NCBI GenBank assembly: GCA_016290295.1
Contig: JAEETJ010000002.1
Span: 79,583-143,582, forward strand
Source: Bacteroidales bacterium
GTDB lineage: Bacteria; Bacteroidota; Bacteroidia; Bacteroidales; WCHB1-69
Reading direction: 5' to 3'
Length of the DNA stretch: 64,000 nt
This document shows positions 33,938-44,708 of the stretch, piece after piece. Positions within the stretch are counted from its first letter, which is position 1; each line of letters begins with the position of its first letter. Below the pieces are notes generated by a model. The model saw only the letters and a program-made list of their open reading frames with translations. It was not told the origin of the DNA and did no database searches. A program made the position numbers and the translations under genes.

Positions 33938-36679
33938 ATGGCTGAAGATAAAGATTTTATTGACACTCAGGAAACAGAACAAACTGCCGAAGAAATCCAA
34001 AATGTTGAGGAAAATAAAGAGGTGGATGTCAACATGAAAAACGTAGTTCATGTGGGCTCTATCTTCGAGAATTATTTCTTGGATTATGCCTCGTATGTAA
34101 ACTTGAACCGTGCTATCCCGGAAGTTATAGATGGTTTGAAACCCGTGCAACGCCGTATCCTGCATTCCATGGATGAACTGGAGGATGGACGCTACAACAA
34201 GGTGGCAAATATCATTGGTAACACCATGAAATATCATCCGCATGGTGATGCTTCCATTGGTGACGCCTTGGTGCAACTGGGACAGAAAGGATTGCTGATT
34301 GATACTCAGGGTAACTGGGGTAATATTCTTACGGGAGATGAGGCTGCTGCTCCGCGTTATATAGAGGCAAGACTCTCGAAATTTGCTATAGATGTGGTTT
34401 TCAATCATAAAACCACCGAATGGCAGCTCTCATACGATGGCCGTAACAAGGAACCTATTACTCTGCCCGTCAAGTTCCCCTTGCTGTTAGCCCAGGGCAC
34501 AGAGGGTATCGGCGTAAGTATCGCTACCAAGATACTGCCGCACAATTTCAATGAGCTCTTGGATGCTTCCGTGGCTATACTGGAAGGTAAGGATTTTGAG
34601 ATTTATCCCGACTTTCCGACAGGTGGTTATATCGATGTGAACAAGTACAACGAAGGGGTGAATGGCAAGATTCTGAATCGTGCCAAAATATCTATTCTGG
34701 ATAAGAAAACATTGGTAATCACTGAGATACCATACGGCACCAACACTTCCGACTTGATTCAGTCTATCACTCCTCAAATCGAAAAAGGAAAGCTGAAAAT
34801 CAAGAAGATTGATGATAATACCGCCAGTCAGGCCGAAATTCTGCTGCATTTGTATCCGGGTGTTTCTCCCGACCAGACGATTGACGCTTTGTATGCTTTC
34901 ACAGATTGCAGCATGTCGTATTCGCCCAATGCCTGCGTGATTTTCAACGGTAAGCCCTGCCTGATGTCTGTGAAGGAAATCCTGCGTATCAACACCAACA
35001 ATACCGTTAATCTGCTTCGCCGTGAGCTGGAAATTGCTTTGGAAGAATTGGGCGACCAGTGGCATAAGATTTCGTTGGAGAAGATTTTCTTCGAGAAGGG
35101 TCTGTATAAACAATTGGAAAAAGATGCTCCCAGCTGGGATGACCAGATAAGTGCTATCGAGAAGGCTTTCAATCCGTATCGTAAGCTCTTTGTCAAAGAA
35201 ATCACCCGTGAGGATGTGCTGCATCTCTGCGAGAAACCTGTAAGGAAAATCTCCAAGTTTGACATTAAGGAAGCTACCGATAAAATTGCTGATATTGAAG
35301 CGAATATAGACGAAGTGAAGAATCATCTGGATCATTTGATTGACTACGCTATCAATTATTTCAAGCAGTTGAAGAAAAAATATGGCAAGGGCCGTGAGCG
35401 TAAGACCGAAATCAGGAGTTTCGACAATATCGTTGCCGCTACAGTGGCCGTGGCCAACCAGAAATTGTATGTGGACCGTGTGGAAGGTTTTGTGGGCACC
35501 GGCCTCAAACAGCGTGACGAAAATGTGGAATATGTGTGCGATTGCTCCGATATCGACGAAGTCATTGTCTTCAAGGAGAATGGTACTTTCACCGTCAGCA
35601 AGGTCAGCGACAAGCAGTTCTTTGGCAAGGATATCATTCTGGTAGAGGTGTTTAAGCGCAATGATGATCGAACTATCTACAACATGATTTATTCTGACGG
35701 CTTGTTCGGTACAGCCATGGTGAAGCGTTTTGCCATCGGTGGTGTAACGCGTGACAAGGAATATGTGCTTACCAAGGGAAAACAGGGCAGCAAGGTGCTG
35801 TACCTGACATCAAATCCCAATGGTGAGGCGGAAAAAGTGCGTGTGTTCCTGAAACAGAAGGCAAAACTGAAAAAGATACAGTTTGATTTCGACTTCTCCA
35901 CCTTGGCCATCAAGGGACGTGCTTCAATGGGTAACATCCTGTCACGCAATCCTGTACGTAAGGTTGAACTGTGCCAGAAGGGTGTTTCCACTTTGTCGGC
36001 CATCAACATCTATTTCGATGATATTGTAACTCGTCTGAATACTGAAGAACGCGGTGTGCATTTGGGCTCATTCAAAGAGGATGACAAGATTATCACAGTC
36101 TATGGAGAAGGCTATTATAAGATAGTTGGGTTTGATTTATCCACGCATTTCGAGGATAATTTGCAGATTATCAAGAAACTGAAGAAAACTCAGGTGTTGA
36201 CAGTGGTTTATTGCAATACCAAGGAAGGAAAATACATGATTAAACGTTTTAATCCTGAGAACACGCCGAAGAGAATTGATTTCATCCCGCAGGAGAAGAA
36301 TGTGAAATTGGTGTGTGTCAGCATCGATTATCTGCCTCAGATTGAGATCACTTACTATACAAAGAATCCGAAGGAGTTGGAGCGTGAGATTGTTAACTGT
36401 GCCGAGTTTGTGGAGGTGATGGGGGTGAAAGCCAAAGGTAAGCGCCTGAATTTCGGTACCATTAAAAATGTGAAGTTCATTGATCCGCTGCCTTACGATG
36501 AACCGGAAGAAGTTGAAGAAGAACCTGAGGTTGAAAACGTTGAGTCAGAAGAGGTTGCTGAAGATATTGACATGCAGGTGGCGAAGGAAATTTATGACAA
36601 TGCAGATGATACGCAATCTTCCGACAAGGACGACCATCCCAAAGGAGATGACAAAGGGGAGCAGTTGAGCCTGTTCTGA
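33938..36679 (+). CDS. parC: Type IIA topoisomerase subunit A, most likely topoisomerase IV subunit A (ParC)
   Basis: LKPVQRRILHSM, KYHPHGDASIGDALV, the active-site region AAPRYIEARL, and a beta-pinwheel C-terminal domain with an acidic tail. The GyrA-typical motif (YHPHGDSAVYD) is absent. Confidence 0.8.
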   Translation: MAEDKDFIDTQETEQTAEEIQNVEENKEVDVNMKNVVHVGSIFENYFLDYASYVNLNRAIPEVIDGLKPVQRRILHSMDELEDGRYNKVANIIGNTMKYHPHGDASIGDALVQLGQKGLLIDTQGNWGNILTGDEAAAPRYIEARLSKFAIDVVFNHKTTEWQLSYDGRNKEPITLPVKFPLLLAQGTEGIGVSIATKILPHNFNELLDASVAILEGKDFEIYPDFPTGGYIDVNKYNEGVNGKILNRAKISILDKKTLVITEIPYGTNTSDLIQSITPQIEKGKLKIKKIDDNTASQAEILLHLYPGVSPDQTIDALYAFTDCSMSYSPNACVIFNGKPCLMSVKEILRINTNNTVNLLRRELEIALEELGDQWHKISLEKIFFEKGLYKQLEKDAPSWDDQISAIEKAFNPYRKLFVKEITREDVLHLCEKPVRKISKFDIKEATDKIADIEANIDEVKNHLDHLIDYAINYFKQLKKKYGKGRERKTEIRSFDNIVAATVAVANQKLYVDRVEGFVGTGLKQRDENVEYVCDCSDIDEVIVFKENGTFTVSKVSDKQFFGKDIILVEVFKRNDDRTIYNMIYSDGLFGTAMVKRFAIGGVTRDKEYVLTKGKQGSKVLYLTSNPNGEAEKVRVFLKQKAKLKKIQFDFDFSTLAIKGRASMGNILSRNPVRKVELCQKGVSTLSAINIYFDDIVTRLNTEERGVHLGSFKEDDKIITVYGEGYYKIVGFDLSTHFEDNLQIIKKLKKTQVLTVVYCNTKEGKYMIKRFNPENTPKRIDFIPQEKNVKLVCVSIDYLPQIEITYYTKNPKELEREIVNCAEFVEVMGVKAKGKRLNFGTIKNVKFIDPLPYDEPEEVEEEPEVENVESEEVAEDIDMQVAKEIYDNADDTQSSDKDDHPKGDDKGEQLSLF

Positions 36680-36769
36680 TCAGTTGACAATTAACAATTA
36701 ACAATTAACAATTAACCTTCCTAACCATTTGAATTTTGAATTTTGAACTTTGAATTCTGAATTAATGCC
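36680..36769. repeat. Heptad arrays (CAATTAA x4, TTTGAAT x5) filling the spacer
   Basis: t-cagttgacaattaacaattaacaattaacaattaac...catttgaattttgaattttgaactttgaattctgaatt. Confidence 0.9.
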
Positions 36770-37840
36770 ATGCCTAAACGAATATGCTATTTACTAAGTA
36801 TCATTTTTCTGTTGGCATCCTGCAAGAAGCCTGAATTCAAAGCCACACCCTACGAAATCCAGATACCGCTGCATTTCCCCACAATTCTGAATATCCCTGC
36901 AGATAATCCCATGACTGTGGAAGGTGTCGATTTGGGCAAGAAACTATTCTATGATGGGCATTTGTGCGGTTATATGGGCAGTGATGAAGCCCAACAGATG
37001 AGTTGTGCCACCTGCCATGATTCGCAGCATAGTTTTGACATAGGCACCGACAATCCGCGCTTTCCGGGTGGACAGCCTGTCGGTCTGTCGGGACAAGCCA
37101 CACACCATGTGCCGTTGCCCTTGATAAACCTCGTGTTCAACAGCAAAGGCTATTTGTGGAATGGGGCGATTACGAGCATAGAAGATATTGTGCTGGCGAC
37201 TTTTACTGACCCGACAGAGATGAATAGCAGCCATGCAAGTGTGGTGGCGGCCATCCAGTCGAATAGCGCTTATCCGCCAATGTTCGAGAAGGCTTTTGGC
37301 ACACCCGAGGTTACCATTGACCGCATTGCCAAGGCCATAGCGCAGTATGTCCGCACGTTGATATCCGCCAACTCCAAGTTTGACAAATATATGCGGGGAC
37401 AGGCGCAACTGACACCGCAGGAGTTGAATGGTTATGTGCTATTCACTACCGAAGAAGGAGGCGATTGCTTCCATTGCCATGGCGGTGGCGGTACGCCGTT
37501 GTTTACCACAAACCTGTGCTATAATAATGGCTTGGACAATGTTTTCAATGACCCGCATGACCGTTTTTCCGTGACTGGCGATCCAATGGACCACGGAGCC
37601 TATAAAGCACCGACACTGCGTAATATTGCTTTGACAGCACCCTATATGCATGACGGGCGTTTCAAAACCTTGGATGAAGTGCTGGAGTTTTACAATACTG
37701 GTTTGCAGAATTCGCCGTATGTGAATCCGCTGATGCACCATGTGAACGATGGGGGAGTGCTGCTCACCCCCAACCAAATAGCGGACCTGAAGGCCTTTCT
37801 GGAGACTTTGACGGATGAGGAGTTGACAGTTGACAATTGA
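36770..37840 (+). CDS. Di-haem cytochrome c peroxidase (CCP/MauG family) lipoprotein
   Basis: Lipobox LLASC and two CxxCH motifs (CATCHD, CFHCHG). Conserved ..YKAPTLRNIALTAPYMHDGRF.TL.EV..FY. Confidence 0.85.
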   Translation: MPKRICYLLSIIFLLASCKKPEFKATPYEIQIPLHFPTILNIPADNPMTVEGVDLGKKLFYDGHLCGYMGSDEAQQMSCATCHDSQHSFDIGTDNPRFPGGQPVGLSGQATHHVPLPLINLVFNSKGYLWNGAITSIEDIVLATFTDPTEMNSSHASVVAAIQSNSAYPPMFEKAFGTPEVTIDRIAKAIAQYVRTLISANSKFDKYMRGQAQLTPQELNGYVLFTTEEGGDCFHCHGGGGTPLFTTNLCYNNGLDNVFNDPHDRFSVTGDPMDHGAYKAPTLRNIALTAPYMHDGRFKTLDEVLEFYNTGLQNSPYVNPLMHHVNDGGVLLTPNQIADLKAFLETLTDEELTVDN

Positions 37841-37949
37841 CAGTTGACAATTAAGAATTAAGAATTAAGAATTAAGAACTTTACTACTAATCACTAAACA
37901 TTAAGAGTTTGAATTTTGAATTTTGATCTTTGAATTTTGAACTTAATCC
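37841..37949. repeat. Heptad arrays (TTGACAA, GAATTAA x4, TTTGAAT x5)
   Basis: cagttgacaattaagaattaagaattaagaattaagaac...agtttgaattttgaattttgatctttgaattttgaac. Confidence 0.9.
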
Positions 37950-37975
37950 TGCGGAGGAGCCGCAACCGCCGCATA
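37950..37975. repeat. Solo copy of the REP-like core
   Basis: TGCGGAGGAGCCGCAACCGCCGCATA compared with the core TGCGGTGGAACCGCAACCGCCGCATA (2 mismatches). Confidence 0.8.
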
Positions 37976-37987
37976 AAACATAATACA

Positions 37988-38518
37988 ATGAAAATCTACA
38001 CCAAAACCGGAGACAAAGGAGAAACCTCATTAGTAGGAGGTAAAAGAGTAAAAAAATATGATACCCTGCTGGAATCATACGGCACTATCGATGAGCTGAA
38101 TGCCCATATTGGCTTGGTCATTGCTGATGAACCGGAACCGTTTTTGACGGATATCCAGCGGATGCTTTTTGTGGTGGGTGGCATGTTGGCCACGGAGACT
38201 CAAAATTGGAGCAAATACTGGCCTGATACAGACTTGGATGCATTATTGCATGGTATAGAGGCTGAAATCGACCGCATGAGCGCTGAGTTGGAGCCTTTCA
38301 AAGGCTTTATTTTGCCCCAAGGTTCCATGCTGATTGCCCACATCCACGTGTGCCGTACGGTATGCCGAAGAGCTGAGCGTTTGGTGGTGAAAATCGCAGA
38401 AGAAAACGAAACTTATTTGCCCCTTTTGAAGTTGGTAAATCGACTCTCCGATTATTTCTTTATTTTGGCACAATATTGTCACAAAAAGAACAACATTTCT
38501 GTAACCTACTGGAAATAA
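37988..38518 (+). CDS. ATP:cob(I)alamin adenosyltransferase, PduO type
   Basis: MKIYTKTGDKGETSLVGG.RV.K.....E.YGTIDELNAHIG is the PduO-type N-terminal signature. Start moved to the ATG at 37988. Confidence 0.85.
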   Translation: MKIYTKTGDKGETSLVGGKRVKKYDTLLESYGTIDELNAHIGLVIADEPEPFLTDIQRMLFVVGGMLATETQNWSKYWPDTDLDALLHGIEAEIDRMSAELEPFKGFILPQGSMLIAHIHVCRTVCRRAERLVVKIAEENETYLPLLKLVNRLSDYFFILAQYCHKKNNISVTYWK

Positions 38519-38600
38519 AGGAGAAAAAATCTTTAAAAAATGTCCCCTTTTTTATAAAAAAAGAGTACCTTTGCCGCCACAAAAAAAGGAGGACAAATAT

Positions 38601-38822
38601 ATGTATTGGACACTTGAATTAGCCACAAAATTAGAGGACGCTCCGTGGCCGGCAACCAAGAAGGAATTGATAGATTTTGCCCTTCGTTCCGGAGCTCCAA
38701 TGGAAGTAATTGAGAACTTGAATGAGATTGAGGATGAGGGTGAGGTTTATGACAATATTGAAGACCTCTGGCCCGATTATCCTACGAAAGATGACTTTTT
38801 CTTCCACGAAGACGAATATTAA
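38601..38822 (+). CDS. DUF2795 domain protein
   Basis: ..APWPATKKELIDFALRSGAPMEVIENLNEIEDEGEVY matches DUF2795. Start moved to the ATG at 38601 because the listed TTG start lies in a TAccTTTG box. Confidence 0.7.
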   Translation: MYWTLELATKLEDAPWPATKKELIDFALRSGAPMEVIENLNEIEDEGEVYDNIEDLWPDYPTKDDFFFHEDEY

Positions 38823-38866
38823 TGGTGTCAGTTGTACGAAGTCACTGATACAACATTGATAATCAA

Positions 38867-38902
38867 CAAAAAAAAACGCACCTGAACAGGTGCGTTTTTT
38901 TT
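38867..38902. terminator. Bidirectional rho-independent terminator
   Basis: AAAAAAAAA-CGCACCTG-AA-CAGGTGCG-TTTTTTTT between convergent genes. Confidence 0.8.
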
Positions 38903-38921
38903 ATGCGATATTTTAATGGTT

Positions 38922-40181
38922 CTAATTCAATACCCAGTAGTTCAAGCCTGTGCTGCGTCCGTAGCTGTCAGCGGCGGCTTCGGTGTCAAAAACGCCAATG
39001 CAGATACGCATGTGTTTTGAGTTCGGCTGTAATACCACCTTGGGATTGTACTGCTCCAGTTTGCGCTGCTTAATGTGCTGGCGGACTTCATTCTCGTTTC
39101 GGAAACTGCCCACAATGACATAGTGCTTGCCTTGCTCGAAATTGATGAAGAACTTCTCACCATCAGGCAGCTGACCTGCATTGGGAGTCTGTTTTTGCTG
39201 TATGCTCGGAGTCGTTTCCGTTGTGATATCTTCTTCAGTATTTTCAACCATGCTAAGGGAATCCTGGTTGAGTGCCAAACTGTCCACCATAAGAGTGTCT
39301 GGTGCAACCACTTCCGATTCCGTCACAATAGGAGTCTCTTCCACCACGGCCTCGGTGGTTTGACCGAAATACTTGTCATACAGTTCTTTCAACTGATCCT
39401 TGAAATAGTAGGCGGCAGCGGCTAAAAGTGCAAGCAACAGCAGGATAAGCAACCAAATCCAGCCTCTATGCTTTTTGGGAGTATCCTCAACATTTTCTTC
39501 TGCATCATCCTTATCTGTAGGCTCATTTACTTCATTCTCTGCATGATCTTCATCTTTTTCAGCCTTATCCTCATCTTGTTTAGTGTCAGCCTCCTCTTCA
39601 GTCTTAACCTCATTGTCATCCTCAATCGTTGGTTCGTTTTCAGTCTTATTATTGGTCTCTGTCATCAAACCATCCTGCTGCTCATATTTCTCCTCTGTTT
39701 TTTCTTCTTCCGGATTTGTTTCGATCTCATGATCAACCTTGTCCTCAAGCTCGGTTACAACAGCGGCTTTGCCTTTTTGTATGCTGAACGACACGGGTTC
39801 CATACCTTCGTACTCCATGTTCAACTCGGCGATGCGGTCGCAAATGTAGGTGACAACTCCCTTGTCATTTAAGGCGAAGGTGCCGAAATTCTCGAAACTG
39901 ACACTTTTGTTATTGCTCAATGCGGTTTTGAGTTGGCTTACCCACTGGTCAATCTGCTTTGTGGCATCCGTAATCAACATACCTCCCTTTTGCGAGACAA
40001 ACATGGTGAAAGCGAAGCCGTTTCCGTCAAAATCGGGGTCGAAAACAACCTTGTAACCCGGTGGCGTGATCATTCCATCCCGGATTTGTGCTGGCTCATA
40101 CTCCTTGCGGAACAAACCCAGATTGTTGACATACACGCTTTCCTTCTCGCAAAGTGACTTGACTAAAAAGTTGATGATCAT
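38922..40181 (-). CDS. HU-like N-terminal domain / SPOR C-terminal domain protein with acidic low-complexity linker and one TM
   Basis: The N-terminus resembles HU-domain proteins (VYVNNLGLF). An E/D/K-rich linker and the TM WIWLLILLLLALLAAAAYYF follow. The C-terminal HYVIVGSFRNENEV...IGVFDTEAAADSY is SPOR-like. Confidence 0.7.
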   Translation of the reverse strand: MIINFLVKSLCEKESVYVNNLGLFRKEYEPAQIRDGMITPPGYKVVFDPDFDGNGFAFTMFVSQKGGMLITDATKQIDQWVSQLKTALSNNKSVSFENFGTFALNDKGVVTYICDRIAELNMEYEGMEPVSFSIQKGKAAVVTELEDKVDHEIETNPEEEKTEEKYEQQDGLMTETNNKTENEPTIEDDNEVKTEEEADTKQDEDKAEKDEDHAENEVNEPTDKDDAEENVEDTPKKHRGWIWLLILLLLALLAAAAYYFKDQLKELYDKYFGQTTEAVVEETPIVTESEVVAPDTLMVDSLALNQDSLSMVENTEEDITTETTPSIQQKQTPNAGQLPDGEKFFINFEQGKHYVIVGSFRNENEVRQHIKQRKLEQYNPKVVLQPNSKHMRICIGVFDTEAAADSYGRSTGLNYWVLN

Positions 40182-40205
40182 TTATCAATTATAAATTGTT
40201 AATTG

Positions 40206-40925
40206 TTAACTGTTAATTGCTTTCAGGTCTTCCGGCGTATCCACCCCAATGCCTTCGTACTCGCATTCCGACACATAGATAGAGTACCCGTTTTCTATCC
40301 AGCGGAGTTGCTCCAGCTTCTCGCTTTTCTCCAACGTAGATTCCGGTAGTTGGATGAGTTCTTGCAGGATTTTATGAGTGTAGCCGTAAATGCCGATGTG
40401 TTTGTAGTAGTTGGGAGTAAATTGTTCGGGATTACGCAGGTAAGGTATAGTATGGCGGCTGAAATAAATGGCTTTATGGTTCTTGTCGAAAACCACTTTC
40501 ACCTTGTTAGGGTCGTTGATTTCTTCGGTTTTAGTGATTTTTGAGCATAAAGTAGCTATTTTCGTGTTGGGATTATCAAACTGATGAATGAGCAGGTTGA
40601 TGATGTCGCCGGTAATGAAGGGCTCATCGCCTTGCACATTGATGATAATGTCGTCATCGGGTAATCCTAACTCTTTGGCGGCGGCTCCACAACGGTCTGT
40701 GCCTGAAGGCAGGGTAGGTGAGGTCATCACTGCCTGTCCGCCAAAACCATGAACGCAGTTGGCGATACGTTCATCGTCGGTGGCTACCAAAACCCTATGG
40801 GCCTGTGAGCGTAAAGCGGCTTCACAGACATGCTGTATCATGGGTTTCCCCTGAATCAAAGCTAAAGGTTTGCCAGGAAAGCGTGTCGATGCGTATCGTG
40901 CTGGGATAATGATATTTACAGCCAT
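40206..40925 (-). CDS. kdsB: 3-deoxy-manno-octulosonate cytidylyltransferase (CMP-KDO synthetase)
   Basis: IIPARYASTRFPGKPLA, VATDDERI, NVQGDEPF, LEQLRWIENG are KdsB motifs. Confidence 0.9.
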   Translation of the reverse strand: MAVNIIIPARYASTRFPGKPLALIQGKPMIQHVCEAALRSQAHRVLVATDDERIANCVHGFGGQAVMTSPTLPSGTDRCGAAAKELGLPDDDIIINVQGDEPFITGDIINLLIHQFDNPNTKIATLCSKITKTEEINDPNKVKVVFDKNHKAIYFSRHTIPYLRNPEQFTPNYYKHIGIYGYTHKILQELIQLPESTLEKSEKLEQLRWIENGYSIYVSECEYEGIGVDTPEDLKAINS

Positions 40926-40928
40926 CGT

Positions 40929-41543
40929 TTATTTGAACAAGCCGAACAATTCAGCATTGATTTTTTCAATAACGATACCGAAATCTTCTGCACGTTCGGC
41001 GAATTTGATGGTGTTGACATCAATCACCAACAATTTGCCGGGGTAGTTGCTGATCCACTTCTCGTATTTCTCGTTCAGATGTTGCAGATAGTCGATGCGG
41101 ATAGTGTTCTCATACTCGCGTCCACGTTTGTTGATTTGTGCCACCAATGTGGGAATATCGGCCTTCAGGTAAATCAGCAGGTCTGGATATTCCAGAAATT
41201 GTGCCATCAGCTCGAACAGAGAAGTGTAGTTCTCGAAATCACGGGTGGGCATCAGCTGCATATCATGCAGGTTGGGGGCGAAAATGTAGGCATCCTCATA
41301 TATGGTGCGGTCCTGGATCACGTCTTTTTTCTTCTTGCGCAATTCAATGACCTGTCTGAAGCGGCTGTTCAAAAAATAAACCTGAATGTTGAAAGACCAG
41401 CGTTGCATGTCTTCATAAAAACTGGCCAGATAGGGGTTATGTTCAACACTTTCGTACATGGGCTCCCATCCGAAATGCTTGGCCAACATGCCAGTAAGGG
41501 TGGTTTTGCCCGATCCAATGTTTCCTGCTACGGCTATATGCAT
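40929..41543 (-). CDS. Deoxynucleoside kinase
   Basis: IAVAGNIGSGKTTL, ESVE.NPYL..FY.D..RWSF..Q.YFL..R, DRTIYED are dNK family motifs. Confidence 0.85.
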   Translation of the reverse strand: MHIAVAGNIGSGKTTLTGMLAKHFGWEPMYESVEHNPYLASFYEDMQRWSFNIQVYFLNSRFRQVIELRKKKKDVIQDRTIYEDAYIFAPNLHDMQLMPTRDFENYTSLFELMAQFLEYPDLLIYLKADIPTLVAQINKRGREYENTIRIDYLQHLNEKYEKWISNYPGKLLVIDVNTIKFAERAEDFGIVIEKINAELFGLFK

Positions 41544-41628
41544 GGTGATATGTATTTGTATTTTTTAGCTTGCAAAGATAATAAAAATATTCAATGCAAC
41601 ATCAATGAAAAATAATTTCCATGCGGAT

Positions 41629-42543
41629 TTAACAGGTAGCGTTGGTGCGGGCTTGGCTTGTCTTTTTGCTGATTCTGTAACCGATGAACAAGATGATGAA
41701 AATGAATAATAACAAGACAAGTTCGAAGACAAGGAATCCTATTAGATCTGGGGTTGGATAGGTCGATATTCTTTCAAACAGGATGGCCATGGAAATGAGG
41801 ATAAGAATCGCGAGGAACCATATATTCACTATAAGCAGGAGACGCCATGTGGTGCCCCAGAAACGGTAGCCGAACAATTGACGGTAGGCAATATAATAGT
41901 ATATTGGGATTAGCCATTTCAAATAGTTGGAGATGATCTCCGAAAAGAAAATGCACATCAGCAATAGGGTGCCCATGAATAGCTGGATAAAAGCCCCCTG
42001 GGGCAAGGTGTGGTGATTGTTGCGCGGAGAAAAACGGAACAGTGCCCAGGTGGGAATAATAAAAAACATGGTGATGGTCATGATACCCCAGCCTGGATTG
42101 TTGATCAGCCAGTTGATGGCATTCAGAAGTATGATGAGATCGTCTTCATCCTCAGCGACTATGTCGATTGGAGCAGGGTTTATCCATTTTGTAACTATCG
42201 CATAGAAAAGGGCGACAATGAAGAGCATGTTGGTGGGCGGATAGCTTTGCTGGCGGTGTCCGTTAATGTAGTCGCTGATAAGATAGCCTGGACGCCATAG
42301 TAGCTGCCACAAACTGTAAATCAATGATTTTGAGTCCATCCCCCATACGTTCAGGATGTTTTCCCATACCGAGCGCCAGGTGATGCGGCCTACACCAGCA
42401 GCCTGTCCACATATGGGGCAGTAGTTGCCCGTGTACGTATGGTCGCAGTTGACGCAATGATGTTCCTCAAGCCCCTCGTCTGAATAGTGGAAGGGATTTT
42501 TCTGCCATGCACGGAATCGGGCGAACAGTTCTTTCACTTTCAT
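41629..42543 (-). CDS. DUF3667 domain membrane protein
   Basis: N-terminal zinc ribbon HCVNCDHTYTGNYCPICGQ followed by multiple TM helices. Confidence 0.7.
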   Translation of the reverse strand: MKVKELFARFRAWQKNPFHYSDEGLEEHHCVNCDHTYTGNYCPICGQAAGVGRITWRSVWENILNVWGMDSKSLIYSLWQLLWRPGYLISDYINGHRQQSYPPTNMLFIVALFYAIVTKWINPAPIDIVAEDEDDLIILLNAINWLINNPGWGIMTITMFFIIPTWALFRFSPRNNHHTLPQGAFIQLFMGTLLLMCIFFSEIISNYLKWLIPIYYYIAYRQLFGYRFWGTTWRLLLIVNIWFLAILILISMAILFERISTYPTPDLIGFLVFELVLLLFIFIILFIGYRISKKTSQARTNATC

Positions 42544-42611
42544 GTGGTAATGCGGTTTGTGTCTTGTTGCAGCTTGAAGTTTGACGGCAGGTGGTGTTCA
42601 GGAAGAAAAAT

Positions 42612-44708
42612 TTATTTTGATTTTCTCTTCTTGACAGCCTTTACCTCTTTCTTTTCCTTCTTGATTTGCTTGTCGTAGTTGGCTACGTCACCAACGGCTA
42701 AGGAAGTGGCTCTCAGCAGCGGTTCAGTGGAAAGTTTCTGACCTACGGCACGCTGTAACCAAAGGTCGGGAGTAAGGTGTCCCATGGCAAAGATGCGTTC
42801 CACTTCTGGACCAACTTTCTTTCCCTTCAGGTATTGCTCCAATTGGAAATCAACGAGGTGGCCAATGGGATATGCTGACACATAAAGCGGATCAACAATA
42901 ATGTGGGAATAACATGCCAAAATAACCTGGTTGTTTTCTTTGAAAATAGGTGCATAATATTGATTCCAAACCTCTTTGGCAATGCTCAGAACGGCACTTC
43001 TCAACTGTTCGGCATTGGCTTTGGGATGAGCGTACATCCATTGCCAAGTCTTGATGTCAACCAATGAAACCCCCATGATTTCATAGCAGTTCCAGAAGAT
43101 ATCCAGTGTATTCAGGTCCTCGTTGATGGTGTCATTGTCGGCTAAACCCAACAGTTCCAGGTCACGGTTCTGGAAAGTGAATGCAAGCGCTTCGGTAAAG
43201 CCTGTGTTAGGCACACCACGCATGAAGTAGTTGTCCACCTCGTACAGCGAAATGGTTTGTTCTACATTATGACCAAATTCATGAATACCAATGTTATAGC
43301 CTTTATAATCCATGCCGTTCTCGCCAATGCGAGTTCTTAACATGGAGTTGTCTCCTTTCATCATGGATTCCCAGGCATGACCGGCACCGACAGAGGGGTC
43401 AACAGATACATGGTTGCAGATAAATTCGGCTCTTGGTCTGGTGAAGCCCAGTTTTACCAGTACATTGGGCAGGTCTTTGGCAAATGCCTCGGCATCAGGG
43501 TATCTGCTCATGGTGATGCTGTCCAATTTACGCTGGTCCATGCTGCTGCGGGCTTTGAAGCCATCATACCAGATGTCAAAAGGTTGCAGTTTGCGGCCTA
43601 AACGTTTGGAAATCAGTTCGGCAACTTCTTTTACCTGAGGTGAGGACAGCACTTCACGGAATAACTTTTCAGCTTGCTCAACGGAAATTTCGTATTCATC
43701 CTCGAATTTACGGGTGATAAAGTTGTCGGTCTCATAGTATTCATCCGATGCCTTGATGGCTTTGAAGTTGCGCAGCAAGCATTCATAACGTTTGTTGTTC
43801 TCTGATTTTCCTTTGATTTCAACACGTTGCACGTAGGTTTGGTTGGTGGATGGATACCAGATATAATCGGATTTGTCAATGACATCCTCGGCAATACTTT
43901 GGTCGGTGATACGGGTAAGGATATTGTAGATGATGCTTTGTTTGTCGGTGCCGCTAACGGGGTCGCTATAAGCAGCTTTCAGCTCGTCGCGCAGTCCCCA
44001 GTGGGTGATGAGTTTCACATCCTGTGACCAGTATCTGATGTTTCTGTCGCTCCATACCATACCCATGTGAATGTTGTAGTTGGCGATGTAATTTTCGGCG
44101 GCAGCGGTGGCAGCATTGATGTTCTGTTCGGCAGATGCGGGGGCTCTGCTGGTGAACAGGTCGCCCAAACGCACATAACCCCACTGGCGAATGGTCCAGG
44201 AGTCACCGTTGTTTATTTTCTCTCGCAGCGTGAAGTGCGGGAAATTCATGATGACGATGAAGGCTAACTTGTTGTTGAACATGTCCTCATTGAAATGTGC
44301 CAGTCCGTTGTAGGCTCCGAAAATGTCATCTATGGGCAGGTTCTCCACGCCTTTTACATGTGAGGGGCGGAGCAATTCGATGGTGACACGGTTGTTATGA
44401 CCTAATATGGTTTCGAAGTTTGTGCACAGTCTTTCAAAAAGATGATCCTTTTCTTCCAAATTCTTGCAGAAGTTCTTCGTGCAAAAATCGATAAATTCAT
44501 CCTGGGAACCGTCAGCGGAGGTCCAGAAATTAGCCGCTTGACTCAAGCCTCTGTCGATAAGCTTCTCGGAGATGTTACAGCCCTTTCTCAAGATGGCTGA
44601 TTTGGCTTTTGAACAGGTGTGTTCGGTGATGTATCTATTTGATGGACCAGCATTTAACATAATAGATGATACTAATAATACAGTTAAAATTAAGTAGAAT
44701 TTTTTCAT
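42612..44708 (-). CDS. Secreted protein with HExxH motif (putative zinc metallopeptidase)
   Basis: Signal peptide, 698 aa. It has a single GIHEFGHNVEQ zincin-like motif. Family not recognised. Confidence 0.55.
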   Translation of the reverse strand: MKKFYLILTVLLVSSIMLNAGPSNRYITEHTCSKAKSAILRKGCNISEKLIDRGLSQAANFWTSADGSQDEFIDFCTKNFCKNLEEKDHLFERLCTNFETILGHNNRVTIELLRPSHVKGVENLPIDDIFGAYNGLAHFNEDMFNNKLAFIVIMNFPHFTLREKINNGDSWTIRQWGYVRLGDLFTSRAPASAEQNINAATAAAENYIANYNIHMGMVWSDRNIRYWSQDVKLITHWGLRDELKAAYSDPVSGTDKQSIIYNILTRITDQSIAEDVIDKSDYIWYPSTNQTYVQRVEIKGKSENNKRYECLLRNFKAIKASDEYYETDNFITRKFEDEYEISVEQAEKLFREVLSSPQVKEVAELISKRLGRKLQPFDIWYDGFKARSSMDQRKLDSITMSRYPDAEAFAKDLPNVLVKLGFTRPRAEFICNHVSVDPSVGAGHAWESMMKGDNSMLRTRIGENGMDYKGYNIGIHEFGHNVEQTISLYEVDNYFMRGVPNTGFTEALAFTFQNRDLELLGLADNDTINEDLNTLDIFWNCYEIMGVSLVDIKTWQWMYAHPKANAEQLRSAVLSIAKEVWNQYYAPIFKENNQVILACYSHIIVDPLYVSAYPIGHLVDFQLEQYLKGKKVGPEVERIFAMGHLTPDLWLQRAVGQKLSTEPLLRATSLAVGDVANYDKQIKKEKKEVKAVKKRKSK